NCBI GenBank assembly: GCA_964634875.1
Contig: CAZWKA010000003.1
Location: 16,591-80,590 of the forward strand
Direction: 5' to 3'
Origin: an uncultured Gammaproteobacteria bacterium
GTDB lineage: Bacteria; Patescibacteriota; Patescibacteriia; Magasanikbacterales; GWA2-37-8
Length of the DNA: 64,000 bases
This document shows, piece after piece, positions 26,416 to 34,349 of this stretch. The position numbers were made by a program, and so were the translations under genes. Under the pieces are notes generated by a model. That model was given only the letters and a program-made list of their open reading frames with translations. It did not search any database and was not told the DNA's origin. Numbering within the stretch: the first letter of the stretch is position 1; each line of letters begins with the position of its first letter.

Positions 26416-26507
26416 ACATTCACCTAAGCAGTCTTCACGTAGAGATGCCGTCGAGTTTCTACCTAAGACAAACTGTCTTAAGTCTTAATCCACCCATCTT
26501 TATCACT

Positions 26508-26705
26508 ATGAAAGGTGTTATCAAACGCTTAACGGATAAAGGATTCGGCTTTATTACTCCAGACGGAGAAGTAAAGGACGTTTTCTTCCACATGAGCGAC
26601 CTCAACGGCGTGCAATTCAACGATTTGCAAGTCGGCCAGGCTGTAACTTTCGAAGTTGCCCAGTCTGACAAAGGCCCTAAGGCCGTCAACGTTACTTTGG
26701 CGTAA
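26508..26705 (+). CDS. cold-shock protein (CspA family)
   Basis: 65 aa. MKGVIKRLTDKGFGFITP...VFFHMSDL carries the RNP1/RNP2 motifs. Confidence 0.85.
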   Translation: MKGVIKRLTDKGFGFITPDGEVKDVFFHMSDLNGVQFNDLQVGQAVTFEVAQSDKGPKAVNVTLA

Positions 26706-26808
26706 TAGCCCTAGTTACTACAAAAACCGCTCTAGCAATAGAGTGGTTTTTGTTTTTGCCAAGTTTTAGAGAGAGTGCTATGCTTTTAATAGTTTGTTTT
26801 TAAAAATT

Positions 26809-27321
26809 ATGTATATGGTGCACAAAGCAGAAGGCGCTGGTTTTGAACCCCCATCAACCGGCGATGCGGGCGGTGCTAGTCAAAAAGCCGAAAATACTTC
26901 AGGTAAAGAAGTTAGTTTTGCTTTAAAAATGAAAATACAAATGATGATAGTTGAGAAGCTTCAGGACCTTAAAATAGCCGCCCCTAAGCGTGCAGGAGGG
27001 GACGAGTCGGTTTCTTTGAAAGAAGACTCTAAAAAGCTGAATAAAGAAGTGGCTGCCCTAGAAGAGTATTTAGCTGAGTATAGTCTTATTTTTAATGCTT
27101 TATTGGATCAGCCCAAAATTAAAGACCTGGCTTTGACCGATCCCCAGGCCGCAGCAGACGCGATTTTTGTCCGTCTCAAAAAACTCAAACCTGTCTTTGA
27201 CGAACATTTTCCAAGAGACGTACGCCCGCTGGTCGTTGATAAACCTTCGGCTGAAGATCTGCGGTGGCTACACTTTTTGACGAAGGAAACAGATAGTGTT
27301 GATACTGCCGCGTTCAATTAA
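26809..27321 (+). CDS. hypothetical protein
   Basis: ORF with a charged N-terminus. Start uncertain: the first in-frame ATGs are 26809 and 26815, and the ORF-track start 26794 is TTG. Confidence 0.35.
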   Translation: MYMVHKAEGAGFEPPSTGDAGGASQKAENTSGKEVSFALKMKIQMMIVEKLQDLKIAAPKRAGGDESVSLKEDSKKLNKEVAALEEYLAEYSLIFNALLDQPKIKDLALTDPQAAADAIFVRLKKLKPVFDEHFPRDVRPLVVDKPSAEDLRWLHFLTKETDSVDTAAFN

Positions 27322-27339
27322 TGTTTTAAAATTTTGTGT

Positions 27340-27897
27340 ATGAATATGCCGCTTAAAATTGTCGGGATTGTTGGAAGTTTACGTACAGGTTCATATAATA
27401 GGGCTCTTTTGAATGCTGCGCGTGAATTGGTGCCAGAAGGGGTTGAGCTTGAGATTTTGGAAATTAGCACCTTTCCATTATTCAACCAGGATATGGAACA
27501 AAATTTGCCGCCTGATGTGGTGCAATTCAAAGAAAAAATTAAAGCCGCGGACGCTGTGCTTTTTGTAACTCCGGAATATAACTACTCTATCCCGGGTGTT
27601 TTGAAAAATGCCATTGACTGGGGTTCACGTCCCTATGGCCAGAATAGTTTTGACGACAAGCCGGTGGCTATAATGGGTGCGTCGATGGGGATGCTCGGGA
27701 GCGCTCGCGCTCAATACCAGCTCCGCCAGACGTTTGTCTTTTTGAATATGCACGCTGTTAACCGACCCGAGGTGATGGTGCCGAGCGTGCAGGATAAGGT
27801 TGATCAAAACGGTGTTGTTACTGACGCACATACTCGGGACAAGATACGAGAATTGCTCGAAGCGCTGGTTGGCCATACTCGTCGTTTGAACCACTAG
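27340..27897 (+). CDS. NAD(P)H-dependent FMN reductase (flavodoxin-like fold)
   Basis: LKIVGIVGSLRTGSYNRALL ... PEYNYSIPGVLKNAIDW. Confidence 0.8.
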   Translation: MNMPLKIVGIVGSLRTGSYNRALLNAARELVPEGVELEILEISTFPLFNQDMEQNLPPDVVQFKEKIKAADAVLFVTPEYNYSIPGVLKNAIDWGSRPYGQNSFDDKPVAIMGASMGMLGSARAQYQLRQTFVFLNMHAVNRPEVMVPSVQDKVDQNGVVTDAHTRDKIRELLEALVGHTRRLNH

Positions 27898-28012
27898 CCT
27901 GTCAATAAAAAAATTCATTTTCAGTCTCTTGTTTGATTGAAAGAGGGTTTTTAGGTATACTTATCTTGCTTGCGGATCCATTTTTTTAAGGGTACGGATG
28001 GGATCAGTCAGA

Positions 28013-28041
28013 TTGACAAAACCCTTAAAAAGGGATAGAAT
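28013..28041 (+). promoter_or_regulatory. near-consensus sigma70 promoter TTGACA-N17-TAGAAT
   Basis: Seen directly. The -35 element sits in the loop of a 9-bp hairpin (TTTAAGGG...CCCTTAAA). Confidence 0.6.
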
Positions 28042-28069
28042 ATCTAATCAATAGTTATTCAAACGTGGT

Positions 28070-28792
28070 ATGAAACGAGTTTTGCCTTTGGCTACGGTTG
28101 ACCCGTCAACCAAAAACCGGCCCACTTATTACAAGGTCATGGAAGTAGTTGGCATGACTATTTTCGCGATCTACATGGTTCTTTTGGCTAGTTTGCTGAT
28201 TCGTTCAGCAGGCGTTTTTGATTTTACCCTGATGGGCTTGGCGCTTATTTTAATCCTGCCTATCGCAGGGTATATTTTGGCTGATTTTTTTTCGGGTTTT
28301 GTTCATTTTTTAGGCGACACATTTGGTACAGAAGATATTCCCTTTTTCGGGCCTCATTTTATCCGGCCGTTCCGCGCTCATCATATTGATGAAAAAGAAA
28401 TTACTCGGCATGGGTTTATTGAAGTAAATGGTACAAATTGTATTATTTCACTGGTAGTTATTGTTCCGGCTTTTTACTGGCTGCCCATCATGAGTTCGTT
28501 TACCTATTTTTTGATCGGTGAAGTGATTTGGTTCATGATTCTTTCGATTTTTTTGACTAACCAAATCCATAAATGGGCTCACCAAGATAAACCACCCGCT
28601 TTCATCCGTTTTTTGCAGCGGTACCGCCTTATCCTGTCGCCTGAACATCATCAGGTGCACCATACTGCGCCGTTTGCAACGTATTACTGCATCACCTCTG
28701 GCTGGTTGAACGCACTACTCGCTAAACTTCATTTTTTTGACGGTATTGAGCGTATTTTCAAGTCAAAAAATTCCCAAAATAAAATTGTTTAA
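28070..28792 (+). CDS. membrane lipid desaturase of the CarF/TMEM189(PEDS1)-like family
   Basis: Multi-TM protein with His boxes HIDEKEITRHG, NQIHKWAHQ and HHQVHH. Confidence 0.55.
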   Translation: MKRVLPLATVDPSTKNRPTYYKVMEVVGMTIFAIYMVLLASLLIRSAGVFDFTLMGLALILILPIAGYILADFFSGFVHFLGDTFGTEDIPFFGPHFIRPFRAHHIDEKEITRHGFIEVNGTNCIISLVVIVPAFYWLPIMSSFTYFLIGEVIWFMILSIFLTNQIHKWAHQDKPPAFIRFLQRYRLILSPEHHQVHHTAPFATYYCITSGWLNALLAKLHFFDGIERIFKSKNSQNKIV

Positions 28793-28825
28793 AGCTAGGG
28801 TGAGTGGTCTGCTAGCTTGGTATCC

Positions 28826-28862
28826 CGATCTGCCTGTGGCAGGTCGGTTTTTTAATTTTGAG
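28826..28862 (+). terminator. rho-independent terminator
   Basis: CGATCTGCC-tgtg-GCAGGTCGG followed by TTTTTT. Confidence 0.7.
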
Positions 28863-28965
28863 CCCTGACCAAATACGTCTCTGTAGTTCTTACCTTTGAC
28901 CTTGTCTTTTTCTAAGAATAATGATAAAATGGCTGGGATTTTAATATTTTCTGACCTCTCTGCCT

Positions 28966-31809
28966 ATGTCGATCTTAACCAAGATTTTCGGTGACCCGAA
29001 CGCCAAAGTGCTCAAGGAACTCCAGCCGCTGGTGCAAAAAATTAATGACTTAGAAAGTTCGCTGGCCGGGCTTTCGCATGCTGAGCTTCAAGCAAAAACT
29101 CCGGAGTTTAAAGCCCGCCTCGCAAAAGGTGAGACGCTTGATGACCTTTTGCCGGAAGCGTTTGCGGTTGTGCGCGAAGCCTCGAAGCGCCTTACGGGCA
29201 TGCGGCATTTTGATTCACAATTGATTGGTGGTATCGTGCTTCATCGCGGGAACATTGCTGAGATGCATACTGGTGAAGGTAAGACCTTGACCGGGACGTT
29301 GCCGGTGTATTTAAACGCGCTCGCCGGAAAAGGTGCGCACGTTGTTACAGTGAATGATTATTTGGCTAAACGTGACGCTGTTTGGATGGGGCAAATTTAT
29401 GATTTTTTGGGGCTCAGCGTTGGTATTATCCAGAACCAGCTCGTGTCGTATCGGTACAATGCTTTGGCCAAAGCTACTCCTGCGCTTGCCGAAGGAAGTA
29501 CGGAAGATGCAGAGCGTGATCAAAAAGGAATGTTTAAAGTTGAATATGATTATCTTGATGCCTGTAGTCGGCCGGCCGCTTACCAGTGCGATATTACCTA
29601 TGGCACCAACAATGAATTTGGCTTTGATTATTTGCGCGACAACATGGTCCAGTCCCTCGACGATCGGGCGCAGCGTGATTTGCATTTTGCGATTGTCGAT
29701 GAAGTTGACTCGATTTTGATTGACGAAGCGCGAACCCCGCTTATTATTTCGGCTCCCGCGGAAGAGGCCGCGGATATGTACTATCGTTTTGCCGACCTGG
29801 TTGCGCAGTTGGTTAAGAATGATGATTATAATGTTGATGAAAAATTGCGTTCCGCCACGCTGACTGACACGGGTATCAAAAAAATTGAAGGGTGGCTGGG
29901 TGTTGAGAATATCTATGCTGAAGGCGGCATCACTACCGTGCATCATGTAGAGCAAGCTTTGCGTGCCCGAGCACTTTTTGCACGCGACCGAGATTATGTT
30001 GTTGAGAACGGTGAAGTCGTGATCGTTGACGAGTTTACGGGTCGTAAAATGCCGGGGCGGCGTTATAGCGAAGGTCTCCATCAGGCGATTGAAGCCCAAG
30101 AACGCGTCAAGATCCAGCGTGAAAGCCGGACCATGGCTACGGTTACTTTCCAGAATTATTTCCGCATGTATGCCAAACTCTCAGGCATGACCGGTACGGC
30201 TGTAACTGAGGCCGAAGAATTCGGTAAGATTTACAAGCTCGAGGTTGTTGTTATTCCAAGTAATAAAAAAAGCCAGCGCATCGACCATCCGGATCGGATA
30301 TATAAGACCGAGGACGCTAAATTCCGGGCGATCGCCAAACAAGTCCGTGTGCTCCAAGACCAGGGTCAGCCGGTTTTGATCGGTACTATTTCCGTCCAGA
30401 AAAATGAACAGCTTGCCTTGTATTTGGAGCAGGAAGGTGTGCAGTACCAAATGCTCAACGCCAAGAACCATGAACGTGAAGGTGAGATTGTCGCCCAAGC
30501 CGGTCGTCCAGGGGCAACGACGCTTGCCACCAACATGGCTGGGCGTGGTGTCGATATCATTATGGGTGGTAACCCGCCCGAAAAAGAATTGGCTGAGAAA
30601 TCCCGTGGTAGCGGTGGTTTGTTTGTGATTGGTACCGAACGCCACGAATCACGCCGGATCGACAATCAGCTTCGTGGACGTTCGGGTCGTCAAGGTGACC
30701 CGGGTGAAACGCAGTTTTATCTTTCGACTGACGATGATCTTATGCGTATTTTTGCCGGTGAACGTTTGAAGAGGGCGATGGATGCTCTGCGTGTACCGGA
30801 TGATATGCCGATTGAACAGCGGACTATTACCAAATTGATCGAGTCAGCCCAGCGCAAAGTAGAAGGTTTTCATTTTGATACGCGCAAACACCTGCTTGAG
30901 TACGATGATGTCCTTAATCGCCACCGTGAAGTCATTTATGGTATGCGCCGCGAGATTTTGGAGAGCTATAAACAAGAAAAGGACCGATTGGCTGGGATCG
31001 TTTCGGAAGCAAAGGTGGTCGGGGCACCTGGTGAGGAGACTCAAGTTCCTGCCGGGGAAGCTGCACTGCGTCAGCGTGTTTTTCAGATGATCGAAAATGA
31101 GATCGAGCAACTCGTTTCGTTCCACACCAGTGCAGAAGACAAGGCTGAGTGGCAAATGCAAGAAATTTATCAAACAGCCGCTACAATATTCCCATTTTCG
31201 GCCGAAGAAAAAGAAGTGCTCTTGAAATTTGGTTCTTGGGGCGAAGAGAAAATGGAAGCGGTGGAAGAGCGTACCCGAGTGATCACCTATTTGACTGACC
31301 TGGCGAAACGTAAGTATGAGGATTTGCTGGTTAAGAAAACGGGTAAACCCGAATATATTTTGGAGATCGAAAAGCAAATGCTCTTACGTTCCATTGATAA
31401 TTTATGGATAGAACATCTTGTAGCCGTTGATTACCTCCGTACGGGCATTGGTCTGCGTGGGTATGGCCAGCGCGACCCATTGGTTGAATATAAAAAAGAA
31501 ACGTACCGGATGTTCAACGAGCTCTTGAGTCTGATCCAAAAAGAAGTGGTGTATACCATCTTTAAAGTTAGTATTGGTATTGAATTGGCTCCAAGTATTA
31601 TGGAGGCCGGCAACATGCAGTTCCAAGGTGCGGCAAAAACCATGGGTGGTGAAGTCGCTGCTCCGGCTAGTCGTGATCCAAAAAATGTCGAAGGTGAAAC
31701 GATGGGGCGTAATGATGTTTGCTTCTGTGGCAGCGGGGTCAAATACAAACGCTGTGGCATGGTGAATAGCCAGGAGCACCAAAAAAATTTGACGAGTAAG
31801 AAGCAATAA
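28966..31809 (+). CDS. secA: preprotein translocase ATPase SecA
   Basis: 947 aa. Unmistakable SecA sequence with Walker A GEGKTLT and a C-terminal zinc-binding CxxC...C tail. Confidence 0.95.
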   Translation: MSILTKIFGDPNAKVLKELQPLVQKINDLESSLAGLSHAELQAKTPEFKARLAKGETLDDLLPEAFAVVREASKRLTGMRHFDSQLIGGIVLHRGNIAEMHTGEGKTLTGTLPVYLNALAGKGAHVVTVNDYLAKRDAVWMGQIYDFLGLSVGIIQNQLVSYRYNALAKATPALAEGSTEDAERDQKGMFKVEYDYLDACSRPAAYQCDITYGTNNEFGFDYLRDNMVQSLDDRAQRDLHFAIVDEVDSILIDEARTPLIISAPAEEAADMYYRFADLVAQLVKNDDYNVDEKLRSATLTDTGIKKIEGWLGVENIYAEGGITTVHHVEQALRARALFARDRDYVVENGEVVIVDEFTGRKMPGRRYSEGLHQAIEAQERVKIQRESRTMATVTFQNYFRMYAKLSGMTGTAVTEAEEFGKIYKLEVVVIPSNKKSQRIDHPDRIYKTEDAKFRAIAKQVRVLQDQGQPVLIGTISVQKNEQLALYLEQEGVQYQMLNAKNHEREGEIVAQAGRPGATTLATNMAGRGVDIIMGGNPPEKELAEKSRGSGGLFVIGTERHESRRIDNQLRGRSGRQGDPGETQFYLSTDDDLMRIFAGERLKRAMDALRVPDDMPIEQRTITKLIESAQRKVEGFHFDTRKHLLEYDDVLNRHREVIYGMRREILESYKQEKDRLAGIVSEAKVVGAPGEETQVPAGEAALRQRVFQMIENEIEQLVSFHTSAEDKAEWQMQEIYQTAATIFPFSAEEKEVLLKFGSWGEEKMEAVEERTRVITYLTDLAKRKYEDLLVKKTGKPEYILEIEKQMLLRSIDNLWIEHLVAVDYLRTGIGLRGYGQRDPLVEYKKETYRMFNELLSLIQKEVVYTIFKVSIGIELAPSIMEAGNMQFQGAAKTMGGEVAAPASRDPKNVEGETMGRNDVCFCGSGVKYKRCGMVNSQEHQKNLTSKKQ

Positions 31810-31810
31810 C

Positions 31811-31874
31811 AAAAAACCATCCGCCATGCACTGAATACATTTTGTATACTCAGTGCATGGAGCGGACGGTTTTG
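31811..31874. terminator. long imperfect hairpin (about 28-bp stem) after secA, likely bidirectional terminator
   Basis: AAAACCATCCGCCATGCACTGAATAC ... GTATACTCAGTGCATGGAGCGGACGGTTTT. Confidence 0.6.
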
Positions 31875-31907
31875 TCCTTTTAGGAAAGGGTGGGCGTCTG
31901 CGTTGTT

Positions 31908-32312
31908 CTACGGTTCGATGATGTCGGGGTAGTCCGACAGGTCGCAGGGGTTACGACGGCTGAGCAGTTCAGGGGCGGGGTGATCCGCGCTCAAGTAGAA
32001 CATGAATTCAACGTCCTCGGGGCCGATGTGGAGCGCGACGTAACCGCTGATGCTACCAATGGTTTGTTTGGTATATACCTTGGTGTGTCCATGGTAGTCG
32101 CGGAAGGCGATCTTCGCTGGTACGCCGCGGTTGGCGAGGATGACGCAGGTCGGCCACTTCTTGGGATCAGTGACGCGCGGAGCATTGGGGTCGCCAGCGA
32201 CTCGGAGGGCTTCGCCGAGTTTGGGGTCAGTTGGCGATGTATCCTCCCAGCCGGAGCAGTTGCCAAACCCGAGACAGGTAGTGCCCAACAGTGCTAACAG
32301 GTGTTTGTTCAT
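31908..32312 (-). CDS. small secreted protein encoded in a high-GC islet
   Basis: ATG at 32312 with AAGGAGA upstream. Signal peptide MNKHLLALLGTTCLGFGNC. Confidence 0.4.
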   Translation of the reverse strand: MNKHLLALLGTTCLGFGNCSGWEDTSPTDPKLGEALRVAGDPNAPRVTDPKKWPTCVILANRGVPAKIAFRDYHGHTKVYTKQTIGSISGYVALHIGPEDVEFMFYLSADHPAPELLSRRNPCDLSDYPDIIEP

Positions 32313-32383
32313 CAAGTTTCTCCTTGCGCGAGGAATGTTTACACGGTATTGTCATCGTGTCAATATTGTTTGTTAGGTATAGT

Positions 32384-32845
32384 ATGATTGCTTCAAAAAA
32401 ACACTGGCTCCTCAAAAGCGAACCATCCGCCTATTCAATTGATGATTTTAAACGCGACAATACCACTATTTGGGAAGGCGTTCGTAATTATCAGGCACGG
32501 AATTTTATGCGTGATGAAATGCGCGTAGGGGATTTGTTTTTATTTTACCATTCTAATAATGATATGGTTGGCGTCGTGGGTGTGGGCAAGATCGTTGAAG
32601 TGGGTGTGCCTGATCCCAGTGCGCTTGATGTGAAGAGTGATTATTTTGATCCTAAAGCAAGCAAAGAAAAAAATGTTTGGACAACGGTGCGCGTACAATT
32701 CGTTAAAAAGCTGCCGCGCTGCATTTCACTTGATGAAATAAAAAAACATCCTGTGCTTAAAAAAATGATGGTGGCGCAAAAGGGAGTTCGGTTGTCAGTA
32801 CAGCCTGTGTTGGTCGAAGCGTATGCTACGCTTATGGCGCTATGA
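32384..32845 (+). CDS. EVE (PUA-like) domain protein
   Basis: HWLLKSEP...WEGVRNYQARNFMRDEMRVGDLFLFYHS is the typical EVE N-terminus. Confidence 0.75.
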   Translation: MIASKKHWLLKSEPSAYSIDDFKRDNTTIWEGVRNYQARNFMRDEMRVGDLFLFYHSNNDMVGVVGVGKIVEVGVPDPSALDVKSDYFDPKASKEKNVWTTVRVQFVKKLPRCISLDEIKKHPVLKKMMVAQKGVRLSVQPVLVEAYATLMAL

Positions 32846-32973
32846 AATGGTAATAAAAATATCCCGATCGTGTCGGGGTATTTTTTTATTTCCTTGAGTG
32901 TGTCCACAAATTTTTATGAACACAATGGGGGAGGAGAATGGCGGCTGGGTTAAGCGGCTCGTTCTCCAGGTGG

Positions 32974-33465
32974 CTAGGTTAGGCCGAGAAGTCCGGCAAG
33001 GATATAGAGACCAAGTGCGACAGCGACACCGAGTAGCACAGCGTACAGCCTTGTCTGGCTTGGCATATGTTCAAACGGTGGCAGAATAACCTCTTCGGTG
33101 TTGTCTGCCGGATCGCGGGAGAGGGGCGGGATTGTCGGCGCCGTCGCCCGCTTGGTGAGCACTGTAGGTCGCATTGTCCGGGGAGGATAGATGGGTACCG
33201 GCACTGCCCCTAGTGGCCTCGTGTGCCTTTGGACTTCATAGACAGGGTCAGCATCGATGTTAGTCTGCCCAACTTCTACTTGAGGTGCTGGCGGGGGCGT
33301 AGGCAGGCCGAGGTAGTTGGCTTCGAGCACCGTGGGTTGCACCGGCAGTGCTGCGGGTGGTGGCTGGGGTGTCTCGCCAGGCCTGCCCAAGATGCGTTCG
33401 AGCAGGGTGGGCTGGTTACGCTTTGCGACCGGGGTAACTGGGGCTCGTGGTCTCAGTTTTGCCAT
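32974..33465 (-). CDS. proline-rich protein with C-terminal TM tail anchor, high-GC islet (paralog-like of 5727..6380)
   Basis: ATG at 33465 with GAGGA upstream. C-terminal LYAVLLGVAVALGLYILAGLLGLT. Pro-rich throughout. Shares the ..QRH..P..G.. segment and overall architecture with the 5.7-kb islet protein. Confidence 0.45.
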   Translation of the reverse strand: MAKLRPRAPVTPVAKRNQPTLLERILGRPGETPQPPPAALPVQPTVLEANYLGLPTPPPAPQVEVGQTNIDADPVYEVQRHTRPLGAVPVPIYPPRTMRPTVLTKRATAPTIPPLSRDPADNTEEVILPPFEHMPSQTRLYAVLLGVAVALGLYILAGLLGLT

Positions 33466-33486
33466 GGCGTTTCCTCGTTTGAGGGG

Positions 33487-33540
33487 TTTTTCCAGTTTTT
33501 GGAAGAGCCAAGTAGCTTGGCGGTTCTAAGAACTGGAAAA
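33487..33540. repeat. nested inverted repeats (hairpin within hairpin) flanking the high-GC islet
   Basis: Outer TTTTCCAGTTTTTGGAA...TTCTAAGAACTGGAAAA. Inner GCCAAG-tag-CTTGGC. Confidence 0.6.
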
Positions 33541-33657
33541 TTGCCTAAATAGCAGCTTATCGTATATCTTTGTCTTTTCTTTGTCAATTGGTGCAGAAGC
33601 GCCCTGTTGGTAGCAGTCACTCTTTCTGTTATAGTAAAAATAGACGCTTTTATACGT

Positions 33658-34254
33658 ATGCCTCAAAAATCAAAACAACAGGCGCTTGACCGTGTAGCCG
33701 AAGAAATCCGGCAATGTTTGGTTTGCCAGAAAGGTAAAACCGGACTGGCTGTACCGGGCGAAGGGAACCCGGACGCCAACATCGTTTTTCTCGGTGAGGC
33801 CCCGGGCAAAGAAGAGGCTAAAACCGGTCGGCCGTTTATTGGGCGGTCGGGAAAATTATTGCGTGAAATGATCGGTAAGTTGGGTATCCGTCCAGAGGAT
33901 GTTTTTATTACTAGCCCGGTAAAATATTTACCCACATATATTACTCCAACGCCCGATGATATTGCGCATGGTAAAATTCATTTAGAAGAGCAGTTGTCTA
34001 TAATACAACCGGCGGTCATTGTTCTTTTGGGTAGGGTGGCGGCCTTGGCTGCGCTGGGTTCGATTGGTCCGGTTTTAAAAAAACACGGGACGGTTATCTC
34101 CAAAGATGGAAGAAATTATTTTTTGACTATCCATCCGGCGGCTCCGTTGTATGCCCCTAAGATGAAAGTCGTCATTGAGGAGGATTTTAAAATACTGCGT
34201 CTTTTTTTAAAGCAGCAATTTTCTTTGAAAAATACCGGGATGAAGACTAAATAA
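33658..34254 (+). CDS. uracil-DNA glycosylase family 4 (Fe-S type)
   Basis: GEGNPDANIVFLGEAPGKEE...GRPFIGRSGKLL motifs. Cys residues near the N-terminus. Confidence 0.75.
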   Translation: MPQKSKQQALDRVAEEIRQCLVCQKGKTGLAVPGEGNPDANIVFLGEAPGKEEAKTGRPFIGRSGKLLREMIGKLGIRPEDVFITSPVKYLPTYITPTPDDIAHGKIHLEEQLSIIQPAVIVLLGRVAALAALGSIGPVLKKHGTVISKDGRNYFLTIHPAAPLYAPKMKVVIEEDFKILRLFLKQQFSLKNTGMKTK

Positions 34255-34349
34255 TGGCTTAAAAATGGCCTTTTTTTAACTCCTTATCCACTTGTCAAAA
34301 AGAGTAGAACAGAGTAAGATGCTGGAGAAATTAGTTCTTAATTATCAGT

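Noticed and set aside
29311-30099. 262-aa antisense ORF inside secA, and similar antisense ORFs inside znuC, dnaX and the VirB4-like gene
   Set aside because: They lie fully inside strongly supported genes on the opposite strand and have no independent signals.
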